Source of the DNA: Candidatus Saccharimonadales bacterium
GTDB lineage: Bacteria; Patescibacteriota; Saccharimonadia; Saccharimonadales; UBA4665
Reading direction: 5' to 3'
Length of the DNA: 64,000 bases
NCBI GenBank assembly: GCA_036383395.1
Contig: DASVOI010000014.1
Span: forward strand, 329 to 64,328
The notes below the pieces were generated by a model. It was not told the DNA's origin. It searched no databases and saw only the letters and a program-made list of their open reading frames with translations. The translations under genes were made by a program, and so were the position numbers. Each line of letters begins with the position of its first letter. Positions within the stretch are counted from its first letter, which is position 1. Below, in pieces: positions 39,321 to 48,729 of the stretch.

Positions 39321-40328
39321 ATGAAAGTTTCGTTTTCTGAAGTTGTCCGTAAATACAAAGAAGTACTGGCCACATCCGGTGCGAGCCAGGAAGACATTGA
39401 CGCCGTGGCGACGCTGAATTTAGAGCAAGATCTGCACCACAATTTTTTTTCTGGGCTGGACGAAGTAAATTTGGCACTGGACACGCTGCGCGAATCGAAA
39501 GGCAAGAAACACAAGGTCGAGGTAGACAAGCCGGCTCTGAAACTAGTGAATTGTAACGGCCGCGATGAGGGCCTGGTGAGCTTGGAGCTTATCCCCCTGC
39601 TCTGCGATATGGCGCGCGGGCAAGGTATTGCTATTATTGGCCTCTACAACGGTGGCTATCAGAGTATGCCCGAGGTATTTGCCCGGCTAATTGCCGCCGA
39701 GGACTTGGTTGGACTGGTCTCTGGCACGGGCGGCCCACAAAGCGTGGTGCCCTACGGCGGCAAAAAAGATATTATGGGCACGAACCCATTTGCCTACGGC
39801 ATCCCCACTAACGACATGCCTATTGTCTTCGACGCAGCGACCGCCAAGTACCCCTGGGGCAGTATCCGCATCGCCGGTGAACGCGGTGACACGTTGCCGG
39901 AACGTTCATATCTGGACAAAGAGGGCAACTGGACCACCGACCCGTCCGTGGCTGTGGCGATCGTTCCTTTTGGCGAACATCGTGGCTACGCCATAAATCT
40001 GTTGCTGGAAGTGATGGCCGGCGCGCTCGTGCGTGCTAAGTCCGGTTTGCTGCAAAAAGAAGAGGCCGACATGGGCGGCTTCCTCATTGCGATTGACCCG
40101 GCCGCCTTTGGGCCGCTCGACGACTTTAAAGCGCAAACCACCAAACTGGCCCAAGACATTGAGGCCGTGGAGCCGGCCGAGGGCTTCAGCGAAGTGCGCG
40201 TGCCCGGCTACAAGGGCCAGCGCTACAAGCAGCATGTGCTCGAAACGGACGAAATCGAAATCGAAGACCGCGTCTGGCAAAAGTTTGAAGCGGTATATAA
40301 AGAATTAGTTAAAAAGGATGGTAACTAA
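39321..40328 (+). CDS. Ldh_2 (type 2 malate/L-lactate dehydrogenase; AllD/DpkA/ComC-like) oxidoreductase, divergent
   Basis: PYGG....GTNPFAYGIP, FDAAT, GYAINLLLEVMAG, IAIDP and VRVPG; SD AAGGAG. Confidence 0.85.
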   Translation: MKVSFSEVVRKYKEVLATSGASQEDIDAVATLNLEQDLHHNFFSGLDEVNLALDTLRESKGKKHKVEVDKPALKLVNCNGRDEGLVSLELIPLLCDMARGQGIAIIGLYNGGYQSMPEVFARLIAAEDLVGLVSGTGGPQSVVPYGGKKDIMGTNPFAYGIPTNDMPIVFDAATAKYPWGSIRIAGERGDTLPERSYLDKEGNWTTDPSVAVAIVPFGEHRGYAINLLLEVMAGALVRAKSGLLQKEEADMGGFLIAIDPAAFGPLDDFKAQTTKLAQDIEAVEPAEGFSEVRVPGYKGQRYKQHVLETDEIEIEDRVWQKFEAVYKELVKKDGN

Positions 40329-40801
40329 TGGGCACTTTCGATAAACACCTACTGGCCGACACTATCGCCCGCACCGAATTTGTTATAGACGACGGTCCGT
40401 ACGTGCTGGCTAGCTTGCCGCTCGACGAGTACGCCAAGGCCGCCCGGCTCATAGCCGAAGCGAGCGACCCGTATATGCAAATTATCCGCGACAGTTCTGA
40501 GGTGTCGGTCATCGTGACCCAGGCAACCTGGGAAGCGGTGTTTGTGCCGGCGTTTGGCGAGCGGCCTATGTTGGCCCCTCTTTCTGAGGTTTTTTGCAAG
40601 GTTGACGAAACCTGCACCGGCTACTTGCTGACCATTCTGGACCGGCTGTCGCCGAATAATGTTGGGGTGTATGTGCAGGGCGCCTATGTCACCGACCACA
40701 TATTCATCCACAGCGAGGATACCGAAAAAGCCAAGCAGCTGCTAGCCGATCTTCAGGCCGATATGCGCGATGCTCTTGCACACACACCAGAGAATGCTTA
40801 A
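40328..40801 (+). CDS. Tandem-ACT domain protein (CASTOR/ACT_7-like)
   Basis: QIIRDSSEVSVI and GYLLTILDRL..NNVGVYVQGAYVTDHIFI...D.EKA match the ACT_7 pattern; TAATG coupling to the Ldh_2 gene. Confidence 0.65.
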   Translation: MGTFDKHLLADTIARTEFVIDDGPYVLASLPLDEYAKAARLIAEASDPYMQIIRDSSEVSVIVTQATWEAVFVPAFGERPMLAPLSEVFCKVDETCTGYLLTILDRLSPNNVGVYVQGAYVTDHIFIHSEDTEKAKQLLADLQADMRDALAHTPENA

Positions 40802-40810
40802 GCTTAAAGC

Positions 40811-42475
40811 ATGGATGATTTTAAGCAGCAGTTAGCCGCTGCCGGGTTTAGCGGCGAGATCGATGACAGCGCCGAAACGACCCAGTTTTACAGCCACGAC
40901 GCTTCCCTGTTCGAGGTGGTGCCGCAGCTGGTGGTGATGCCCAAAACCAGCGCCGACGTGCAAAAGCTCATTAAGCTAGTGGCCGACCACAAAAAGCACA
41001 TGCCCGGGTTGTCGGTTACGGCGCGCTCAGCCGGCACCGACATGTCCGGCGGCGCGGTTAACGATAGCGTCATTGTTGATTTCAACAAGCACTTCACCAA
41101 AATTGAAAACGTGACTTCTACCGAAGCCCACGCCCAGCCCGGTGTGTTTTACCGCGACTTTGAAGCAGAAACGCTAAAGCACGACGCGCTGATGCCGAGC
41201 TATCCGGCGTCGCGCGATCTCTGTACCATCGGCGGCATGGTCAACAACAACTCCGGCGGCGAGAAATCGTTAGAATACGGCAAGACCGAAAATTTTGTGA
41301 AGGAACTAAAGGTCGTGTTCGCCGATGGCAACGAATATACCGTTAAGCCCTTAAACCGCCGCGAGCTGGTGGCCAAAATGGGGCAAAAGACGTTTGAGGG
41401 CCAGCTGTACAAGCGACTGTTTGAGCTGTGCGAAAAACATTATGACAAGATTAAGGCCGCCAAGCCGAACGTGTCCAAAAACTCTATGGGCTACAATCTG
41501 TGGGACGTCTGGGACCGCGACAGCGGCGTGTTTAACATGGAGAAATTGATTGTGGGCAGCCAGGGCACGCTGGGCTTTACTACCGACATCAAGTTTAAGC
41601 TGGTGCCGCACCGTCCGCACTCCGGCTTGCTGGTGCTGTTTTTGCGCGATATCGACGCGTTGGGCCAGATTATCCCCAGGGTGCTCGAGTACAAGCCGGC
41701 GACCATGGAATGCTTCGACGACGCTACGCTGTTGCTGACGATCAGGTTTATGCCGTACTTCCTCAAAATGCTTGGGCTCAAAAAGTTCATTCACCTGCTG
41801 TTTAGCTTGATACCTGACGGCTTCCAGCTGCTGCGCGGTATCCCCAAAATGATTCTGATGGTAGAGTTCAACGGCCAAACCGAAGACGAAGTGCGCGAGC
41901 AGATTAAAGCGCTGCACCGCGACCTAAAGCAGTACCACGCCCGCTACGAAATTAACGGATTCGAAGAAGACGCCACTGAAGGTAAAAGCGAGAAGTTTTG
42001 GATTATGCGCCGCCACGCCTTCAACTTGCTGCGCAAAAAAGTCAAAGACAAGCACACCGCGCCGTTCATCGACGATCTGGTGGTGAACCCCGAGTATCTG
42101 ACCGAATTTCTGCCCCGCTTGCGCAAGATCGTGAAGAAGTACAAGCTGCTGGCCACCATTCAGGGCCACATGGGCGACGGCAACTTCCACATCATTCCAC
42201 TCATGAAGATCGAGGAGAAAAAGGAGCGCGCCAAGCTGCTGCCGGCTATGAAAGAGGTGGATACGCTGGTTTTGAAGTACAAAGGTTCGCTGAGCGGCGA
42301 GCACAACGACGGTCTGGTCCGCGGGCCATGGCTAGAGGAGCAGTTCGGCCGCGAAGTGCTTGGCTATTTCAAAGAGGTGAAGCACATTTTTGACCCGGAA
42401 AATATCTTTAACCCGCACAAAAAGTCTGACGCCGACTGGGACTACAGCTTTTCGCACATTCGCGAGCACTTTTAG
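40811..42475 (+). CDS. FAD-linked oxidoreductase (D-lactate dehydrogenase/GlcD, VAO/PCMH family)
   Basis: RSAGTDMSG, TIGGMVNNNSGG, GSQGTLG, GHMGDGNFH, SGEHNDG and DPENIFNP; own promoter TTGCAC-17-TAAGCT (40776-40804). Confidence 0.9.
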   Translation: MDDFKQQLAAAGFSGEIDDSAETTQFYSHDASLFEVVPQLVVMPKTSADVQKLIKLVADHKKHMPGLSVTARSAGTDMSGGAVNDSVIVDFNKHFTKIENVTSTEAHAQPGVFYRDFEAETLKHDALMPSYPASRDLCTIGGMVNNNSGGEKSLEYGKTENFVKELKVVFADGNEYTVKPLNRRELVAKMGQKTFEGQLYKRLFELCEKHYDKIKAAKPNVSKNSMGYNLWDVWDRDSGVFNMEKLIVGSQGTLGFTTDIKFKLVPHRPHSGLLVLFLRDIDALGQIIPRVLEYKPATMECFDDATLLLTIRFMPYFLKMLGLKKFIHLLFSLIPDGFQLLRGIPKMILMVEFNGQTEDEVREQIKALHRDLKQYHARYEINGFEEDATEGKSEKFWIMRRHAFNLLRKKVKDKHTAPFIDDLVVNPEYLTEFLPRLRKIVKKYKLLATIQGHMGDGNFHIIPLMKIEEKKERAKLLPAMKEVDTLVLKYKGSLSGEHNDGLVRGPWLEEQFGREVLGYFKEVKHIFDPENIFNPHKKSDADWDYSFSHIREHF

Positions 42476-42562
42476 CTCGCGGCCAATAGCGGCCAGCCAC
42501 GGCTTGCATCGTCCGGAACTCAGGGCTATGCTTAGCTCATAAGACTAAGTGGGGGATTTCCT

Positions 42563-43120
42563 ATGGGTTCTCTGGACAAACTTGAAGCACAACTCGACGA
42601 GTGGCTGCATAAAAAAGCGCCGGTGCAGCTGCCGGCCGATCTAAAAAAGAGTCTGGCGGGCGCGCTGTGGTGGATTGCGCTGGTTGTGGGCGTGGCGCAG
42701 CTGTGGGCGGTGTGGATACTGTGGCACCTCGGACACTTGGTGGCCACGGTCGACCAAGCCTACAACACCTATCTTTCGAATGTCTACGGAGCTGCGGCGC
42801 CGGCGACGCATCTGGGCTTGTTCTATTGGCTGGCATTCTTGGCTTCGGCTGCCGCGGCCGTGCTGCTGCTGTTGGCCACGCCGAGGCTCAAGCAAATGGA
42901 TAAGAGCGGCTGGAATTTGTTGTACTACGCGGCTCTTATTAACGCGGCGTATGCCATCGTGCGCTTATTGTCTGGCGTGGATGTGCTGAGCGGCTTTATC
43001 GGCGCCGCGATTGGCTCGGTGATCGGCGCTTACTTTTTGTTCCAGGTGCGCCAATTTTTTGCCGCAAAAAAGCCGGCGCATGACGCACCGGCTCATGCCG
43101 CTCATCACGACAAAGACTAG
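42563..43120 (+). CDS. Conserved CPR-type four-TM membrane protein
   Basis: LEAQLDEWLHKKAPVQLP N-terminus, GWNLLYY and YFLFQVR; SD GGGGG. Confidence 0.7.
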   Translation: MGSLDKLEAQLDEWLHKKAPVQLPADLKKSLAGALWWIALVVGVAQLWAVWILWHLGHLVATVDQAYNTYLSNVYGAAAPATHLGLFYWLAFLASAAAAVLLLLATPRLKQMDKSGWNLLYYAALINAAYAIVRLLSGVDVLSGFIGAAIGSVIGAYFLFQVRQFFAAKKPAHDAPAHAAHHDKD

Positions 43121-43617
43121 TTCGTTTGGATCTGGTAGTTCCCGGCGCCGCCGCTGAAACTGGCGGGCATGAGGGTGATGCGCAGCGCGTTGTCTTCGTT
43201 GGCGCTGTCGGGTGTGACTATAGCCGTGGCACCAACGGTGATGTCGGTGTAGGCACCAATCGTGCCGTCCTTCTCAATCTGCGTTGAGCTGGTAATGGCG
43301 TATGTTTTGGTGGTGCCGTCGCGGTCGTTTTTTATTGTTATGCTGGACGCTGAAATGGCCGTGACGCTGCCCAGGCCGCCGCTGCTGCGGAAAGTGCCGC
43401 CCCCGCCGCCGGGGCCGTTGCCAAAGCGGCGCGTCAGCGGGCCGTTGCCGTCGGCGCCCAGTGTATTAGCAGTGCCACTGGCTGTGGCGTGCTGCTTGCC
43501 GTAATGTACACCGTCTAAGAAGCCGCCGATGCCGGCCGCCAGCACCAGGACTACGGCAGCGATGCCCAGGTAAAAACCTTTATTGTTTGACCCTGACTTG
43601 GTGTGGGATGGTTCCAT
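43117..43617 (-). CDS. Membrane-anchored extracytoplasmic protein (DUF5666-like OB domain)
   Basis: TM helix, Gly-rich linker and GSVTAISASSITI..D...TYAIT..T.I pattern; co-transcribed with the ABC genes. Confidence 0.6.
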   Translation of the reverse strand: MEPSHTKSGSNNKGFYLGIAAVVLVLAAGIGGFLDGVHYGKQHATASGTANTLGADGNGPLTRRFGNGPGGGGGTFRSSGGLGSVTAISASSITIKNDRDGTTKTYAITSSTQIEKDGTIGAYTDITVGATAIVTPDSANEDNALRITLMPASFSGGAGNYQIQTN

Positions 43618-43618
43618 G

Positions 43619-44290
43619 CTATACCTCCGTGAGCTTTCCATCGGACAAGCGGAACGTTTTATCAGTTTTGCCCGCGATTGACAGGTCGTGGGTGACCACG
43701 ATGATAGTGGTGTTTTCGGAGCGGCTCAGCTTATGCAGCAGTTCAAAGATCATCTTGCCGGTCTGCTCGTCGAGGTTGCCGGTGGGCTCGTCGGCCAAGA
43801 TGACCTTGGGCTTATTGGCCAGCGCCCGGGCAATAGCCACGCGCTGTTGCTGACCGCCGCTGAGCCGTCCGGGTTTGCGGGCTTGCTGGTTGGCGTCGAT
43901 TTCCACCTGGTTGAGCAGCGATTTGGCCCGCGCCAGACGCTGGGCTTTGGGCACTTTGGCGAATTCCATGGGTAGCATGACGTTTTCGAGCGCGCTCAAG
44001 TTCGGCACCAGATTGTAGCTCTGAAAGATAAAGCCGATTTTTTGGCAGCGGTAAGCGATAAGCTGGTGATCGTGCAGCTTGGTGATGTCTTTTTTGTCGA
44101 CTTCGATGCTGCCGCCGGTGGGCTTGTCGAGTGCGCCCAGCAGGCTGAGCAGCGTGCTCTTGCCGCTACCGCTCTTGCCGATAACTGAGGCGAATTGCCC
44201 CTCGGGTAGGGTGAAGTTGACGTGATCCACGGCGGTCACGATGGCGTCGCCGGATTTAAAGGTGCGGGTCAGATCTTTTACTTGCAACAT
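43619..44290 (-). CDS. ABC transporter ATP-binding protein (LolD/MacB type)
   Basis: GKSGSGKST, LSGGQQQRVAIARAL and LADEPTGNLD. Confidence 0.96.
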   Translation of the reverse strand: MLQVKDLTRTFKSGDAIVTAVDHVNFTLPEGQFASVIGKSGSGKSTLLSLLGALDKPTGGSIEVDKKDITKLHDHQLIAYRCQKIGFIFQSYNLVPNLSALENVMLPMEFAKVPKAQRLARAKSLLNQVEIDANQQARKPGRLSGGQQQRVAIARALANKPKVILADEPTGNLDEQTGKMIFELLHKLSRSENTTIIVVTHDLSIAGKTDKTFRLSDGKLTEV

Positions 44291-44302
44291 ATATGTTCCT
44301 TT

Positions 44303-45652
44303 CTACTCGGCACGCATTACTTCCGACGGGCGGATTTTGGCAATAAAGAACGAGGCCAGCGCGCTGCCCACGACAGCGATAATTATGGCCGCGCCCAGGC
44401 CGTAGAGAATGATATCCCAGCCCACCGTGGCGCTGATGTTATGAATGCCGCCGCCCACGCCCCGAAAGACGGTGCGAACGCCCGGCCCCGGCCCGGCTCC
44501 AAACGACGGGCCGCCATTGTCGGTGCTGTTATTGACCAGCAGCCTAGTTAGCGGATTGCCGGCCACTACGCCCAGGCCGATGCCGATGATTGCGGCCATA
44601 ACGGTGAGTGTAATCGCTTCGACCATAAATTGCGTCATGACGTTGAGGTTAGAGGCGCCGATGGCCTTAATGACGCCGATCTCGCGGCGGCGTTCGCGCA
44701 CAATCATGACCATGGTCAGCAAGATGATGACCGCGCCGGCCGTAACCGCACCGATGAGACTGTAGAGCGAAATAGTCTGGATGTTCTTCAGCGGTGCGAT
44801 TGCCTGCTTGGCCGACTCGGCCTCGTTCACTACGTCGGCTTTGTCGCCCAGCTGCTTTTGCACGGCAGTAGTGACGCTGTCGATGTTAGTCACTGAGTCA
44901 ACTTTGACGCTGGCCGCGGTGATGGCGCCGGCTTGGTCGGACAATTTTTGCACGGTCGCCAGCGGCATGATGACCTGATTGTCGGCAAAGCTATTGCCGG
45001 CGTCAAAAATACCAGACACCGTAATGGTGGCGCCATATGCGGTAAATATGGAGCCGACCTTTAGATTGTTTTTGGCGGCCAGGGTCTTGCCGACCAGTGC
45101 GGTATTGTCGGTGCTGGTGCCGCTAAAGATCTTACCGCCGATGAGCTTAAAGCTGCCACCGCCGCCTTCGCCGATCGACAGGTTCGAGGGGTCAGTGGTG
45201 CCGTTTACGGTAACCGGCGGTGTGAAGCTGACGTTTGGCGCGCCGTCGCCACTGCCAAAGGTGCGTATCTCAAAGCGCTGCCCGTTGTTGGCGGCGAAGC
45301 GTTTGCCTAAGCTACCAGCGTCGATGGCCGACACCAGATTAGTATTGTCGGTAGTTAGCCGGTCATTCAGGCTTTCGGTCACTGACGTGACGTGCGCGAT
45401 GTTCTTCACGTTTTTTAGTTCGTCGGCGGTCAGGGCGTCACCACCGCCTTCAAAGCCGCGCACGCCGGCTGGCGATACGCTTACGGTGTTGCCGACCGAC
45501 CCCTGCACGGAGGTGATCTTTTGGCTCACCGCCTTGTTGGCGATGAGCATGGCTAGCGCCAACCCCACGCTCAGCCCCAGTATAACCACTATAGAAAGAG
45601 TGCGGATGACATTGCGGAAAGCATTCCGGATGCCGCGGGTGAGTACGTTCAT
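44303..45652 (-). CDS. ABC transporter permease (MacB/FtsX family)
   Basis: One TM, large extracellular domain, then ERRREIGVIKAIGAS and three TM helices. Confidence 0.93.
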   Translation of the reverse strand: MNVLTRGIRNAFRNVIRTLSIVVILGLSVGLALAMLIANKAVSQKITSVQGSVGNTVSVSPAGVRGFEGGGDALTADELKNVKNIAHVTSVTESLNDRLTTDNTNLVSAIDAGSLGKRFAANNGQRFEIRTFGSGDGAPNVSFTPPVTVNGTTDPSNLSIGEGGGGSFKLIGGKIFSGTSTDNTALVGKTLAAKNNLKVGSIFTAYGATITVSGIFDAGNSFADNQVIMPLATVQKLSDQAGAITAASVKVDSVTNIDSVTTAVQKQLGDKADVVNEAESAKQAIAPLKNIQTISLYSLIGAVTAGAVIILLTMVMIVRERRREIGVIKAIGASNLNVMTQFMVEAITLTVMAAIIGIGLGVVAGNPLTRLLVNNSTDNGGPSFGAGPGPGVRTVFRGVGGGIHNISATVGWDIILYGLGAAIIIAVVGSALASFFIAKIRPSEVMRAE

Positions 45653-45721
45653 AACGTCCTTTCTCAGTTACTATTTGAGCTGATTGTCGCAACTGATGCT
45701 GGACGTTTGCTGGGCGCAATA

Positions 45722-45751
45722 TAAAAGACGCCCCCCGGAGGGAGCGTCTTT
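45722..45751 (-). terminator. Intrinsic terminator of the RRM gene
   Basis: Minus-strand AAAGACGCUCCC-UCCG-GGGGGCGUCUUUU; UNCG-type tetraloop. Confidence 0.85.
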
Positions 45752-45767
45752 CAGGCAATATGCAGCT

Positions 45768-46076
45768 TTAGTAACGGTTGCCGCCGTTGTCGCCGCGGTC
45801 GCCGCCGAAGGAACGGCGTTCACGCTTTTCCTGCGGGCGAGCTTCGCTCACGGCTACGGCGCGGCCGCCGATTTCCTTGCCGTCCACACCCTTGATAGCG
45901 GCCTGGGCCTCTTCGTCGGTGCTCATTTCTACAAAGCCAAAGCCTTTGCTGCGGCCAGTGTCGCGGTCCATGATGACCTTAGCAGACACAACTGTACCAA
46001 ACGGGGCAAAAGCCTCGGACAGTTGGTCGTCGTTCACGCTGTAGCTCAACGAGCCGACAAATAATTTGTTTGCCAT
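45768..46076 (-). CDS. RRM (RNP-1) RNA-binding protein
   Basis: KLFVGSL (RNP2), RSKGFGFVEM (RNP1) and a Gly/Arg tail. Confidence 0.96.
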   Translation of the reverse strand: MANKLFVGSLSYSVNDDQLSEAFAPFGTVVSAKVIMDRDTGRSKGFGFVEMSTDEEAQAAIKGVDGKEIGGRAVAVSEARPQEKRERRSFGGDRGDNGGNRY

Positions 46077-46206
46077 TAGTGGCTTATCCTCTTTCTTGCT
46101 TAGAGGTAAGCTGGCGGTTGTTGGCGTCCAGTTAGCTGCTCCTCAAGCGACTTCTTTTAATACTGATCTAGAACTGTTAATTCAGCAGCGCGTTTCTAGC
46201 ACCCGT

Positions 46207-46257
46207 ATTATACCACATTGCTTGTCGTACAATAAGCGACCGCCGTCATGGTATACT
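46207..46257. promoter_or_regulatory. Back-to-back divergent extended -10 promoters
   Basis: TGG-TATAAT on minus (46207-46215) and TGG-TATACT on plus (46249-46257). Confidence 0.7.
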
Positions 46258-46281
46258 GCAAGGTGTTAGTAAGAGGGTAAC

Positions 46282-47265
46282 ATGCAGGAGCAAACGGACG
46301 GCCCGAAAGCGCCGCGGCAGGTTGGAGGCGCACTCGCGGTGTGCGTTGTGGCTGGCTTTTGTGCACTGGGCGGCTTTGCGACTGGCTGGCTGTGGCGCCC
46401 GCTGCCGCCGAAACCGGCGGTCGTGTTGGCGCACGCCGCGCACAAACGGTTGCCTCCGCCTCCTCCGCCCTACACTTTTCCGGCTGGCGGCCGGGTGTTG
46501 GCCGGCGCTTACCGGTTTGTAGCGTTGTACGGATCACCGGACGAACCGGCGCTTGGCGCGTTGGGCCAACAAGGCATAGCCGATGCCGTGAGCCGGGCCA
46601 AACAAGTTGCCGATCCCTATCGGCCGCTGTCGTCGCAACCCATCCTGCCGGCATTCGAGATTATTGCCACGGTTGCTTCTGGCACCCCCACCGAAAACGG
46701 CGACTACTCGCGTGAAGTTGACCCGGCCAAAATTATGGACTGGGTGCACGCCGCGCGCGATGCCGGCATGTATGTGGTGATCGATCTCCAGCCCGGCCGC
46801 AGCGACTTTCTGAGTCAGGCCAAGCAGTACGAGACCGTGCTGCGCGAGCCGAATGTCGGCCTGGCGCTCGACCCGGAGTGGCGACTCACCCAGTCGCAGC
46901 GGCCGCTGGAACAGATTGGTTCAGTTGGCATCGACGAAGTCAACGGCGTGGCTAGCTGGCTGTCTAGCCTGGTGGCCACCGAGCATCTGCCGCAAAAACT
47001 GTTCGTGCTGCATCAGTTCCGCCTCGACATGCTGCCCAGCCGCGAACTTTTAAACACCGCGCATCCGGAGCTGGCTTTTGTCATTCAGATGGACGGCCAG
47101 GGCGACCAACCGGCCAAGCAAAACACCTGGCAGGCCATCACCGCCTCTCCGCCGCCAAACGTCGAATTCGGCTGGAAGAATTTCTACATGAAGGATTCGC
47201 CGATGCTCGATCCGGCGGCAACGATGCAGATTGCACCGCAGCCGTGGTATGTTTCGTACCAGTAA
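46282..47265 (+). CDS. Conserved membrane-anchored hypothetical protein (actinobacterial lipoprotein-like, probable TIM barrel)
   Basis: VALYGSP, IDLQPGR, LALDPEW, LPQKLFVLHQF and GWKNFY match a remembered conserved family; N-terminal TM. Confidence 0.7.
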   Translation: MQEQTDGPKAPRQVGGALAVCVVAGFCALGGFATGWLWRPLPPKPAVVLAHAAHKRLPPPPPPYTFPAGGRVLAGAYRFVALYGSPDEPALGALGQQGIADAVSRAKQVADPYRPLSSQPILPAFEIIATVASGTPTENGDYSREVDPAKIMDWVHAARDAGMYVVIDLQPGRSDFLSQAKQYETVLREPNVGLALDPEWRLTQSQRPLEQIGSVGIDEVNGVASWLSSLVATEHLPQKLFVLHQFRLDMLPSRELLNTAHPELAFVIQMDGQGDQPAKQNTWQAITASPPPNVEFGWKNFYMKDSPMLDPAATMQIAPQPWYVSYQ

Positions 47266-47377
47266 CGGCCCGGGAGCGTTTCAGATTCATTTAACATCGC
47301 TGCATTAGGGTAGGATTGTCCGCCGGGACAGTTAAGCGGTGTACAATAAAGAGGGTCACTTTCCTTTTGGTAGCGTT

Positions 47378-48046
47378 ATGCGCGATATTATTACCTACCT
47401 GACACCACATTCGACCAAACGCGTTTTTAAACGACATGCTATTTTGCTATATCAAGGCGAGGTGCCGCGTACGGCGTACGTTGTACTAAAAGGCGTGGTC
47501 AAAGTGTATAGCATCAACGCGGCCGGCGAGGAGCAGATTGCCACTTTCGAAACGCCGGGTGATATATTTCCGGTGCCGTGGATTTTCCATAAAGCCACTC
47601 ATACGCTGTACTACTGCGAGGCGCTCAGCGATTGCGAGGTGCTTGCACTGTCGCGCGAGGAGCTGCTGTTGCAGCTCAATACCACTCCCGAATTGCAGCA
47701 ATCGGTTTTGAATTATTTTGTAAATCGCTACACCGGCCTGCTGATGCGCATCACCGCGCTGGAGCAGTCGCGGGCACGAGAGAAAATCATGTTCACGCTC
47801 TACTATCTGTTGTTCCGCTATGGACGCGAAGTCAAACCCGGCATGTATGTGGTCAGTATTAAGCTCACGCACAGCGTTATTGCCGGCTTGGTGGGGCTAA
47901 CGCGCGAAACCACCACCAACGAGCTCACCAAACTCAAGGCCGAAAAAGTGTTGCGCTACAGCACGCACCAATACGCCATCGACAAGAGCAAACTCGAGCG
48001 GCTGCTGGGCGAAGACAGCTTCGACAATATCGAACTGGCGCGGTAA
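47378..48046 (+). CDS. Crp/Fnr-family transcriptional regulator
   Basis: cNMP-binding beta-roll (LKGVVKVY..NAAGEEQI...PGDIFP) and HTH LTHSVIAGLVGLTRETTT. Confidence 0.93.
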   Translation: MRDIITYLTPHSTKRVFKRHAILLYQGEVPRTAYVVLKGVVKVYSINAAGEEQIATFETPGDIFPVPWIFHKATHTLYYCEALSDCEVLALSREELLLQLNTTPELQQSVLNYFVNRYTGLLMRITALEQSRAREKIMFTLYYLLFRYGREVKPGMYVVSIKLTHSVIAGLVGLTRETTTNELTKLKAEKVLRYSTHQYAIDKSKLERLLGEDSFDNIELAR

Positions 48047-48142
48047 ATCGCGGCCCCGCGCCCAATCGTTAGAATTCACACAGTTTTCACTTTTTGCGAT
48101 GCGCTACTGTTTACATGTGTATGTGAAAAGGAGCAAAAACCT

Positions 48143-48634
48143 ATGATTATAATTAGCGGCCTGGAGCCGAAGCGGTATAGCATTACGCCGCAGGGTGTCA
48201 CTGAGTTGCGGCGGCAGCTTGACGCTCTCAAACGCAAGCGCATGGAGGTGGCAGGCGAAATGCGCGACATTACCTCCCAGAGTACTGACATCGGCGCCCT
48301 GGAAGATTCAACACTGACCATTAATCAAAACCAGGCGGCGGAGCTGGACGGACAGATCGACCTGCTGGAGCGCATCATCGGCATGGCCAGTATTATCCCC
48401 CGGCCGCGGCGCAGCGACGCGGTGTCGCTGGGTTCGCGGGTGCGGCTGCGCCTGGGCAACAGCGAGCAAACCTACACTATTGTAGGCGCAGTAGAGGCTG
48501 ACCCGATGGGCGGCAAAATTTCCGACGAAAGCCCGCTCGGACAATGTTTGATCGGCAAACGCGTCAGCGACCTCTGCGAAATAGTGTCGCCGAGCCGCCA
48601 GCGAATCGCGGCAGTTATTACCCATATTGAATAA
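48143..48634 (+). CDS. GreA/GreB-family elongation factor-like protein (divergent tip)
   Basis: ITPQG..ELRRQL, VSLGSRV, YTIVGAVEADP..GKISDESPLG..LIGK. Confidence 0.85.
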   Translation: MIIISGLEPKRYSITPQGVTELRRQLDALKRKRMEVAGEMRDITSQSTDIGALEDSTLTINQNQAAELDGQIDLLERIIGMASIIPRPRRSDAVSLGSRVRLRLGNSEQTYTIVGAVEADPMGGKISDESPLGQCLIGKRVSDLCEIVSPSRQRIAAVITHIE

Positions 48635-48729
48635 AGGCGTTGCATAACGCGCTATAATGCAGCTATGACCGCTATTGCTGTAATATCTTTGACTGTTTCG
48701 CGGGAATGCTGAGGCCATACTTGTCGCAA

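Noticed and set aside
13081-48115. Recurrent TGTTTAC/GTAAACA words in intergenic regions (about 13082, 13901, 38904, 48108)
   Set aside because: Short AT-rich word without consistent position or symmetry; not distinguishable from background by eye.
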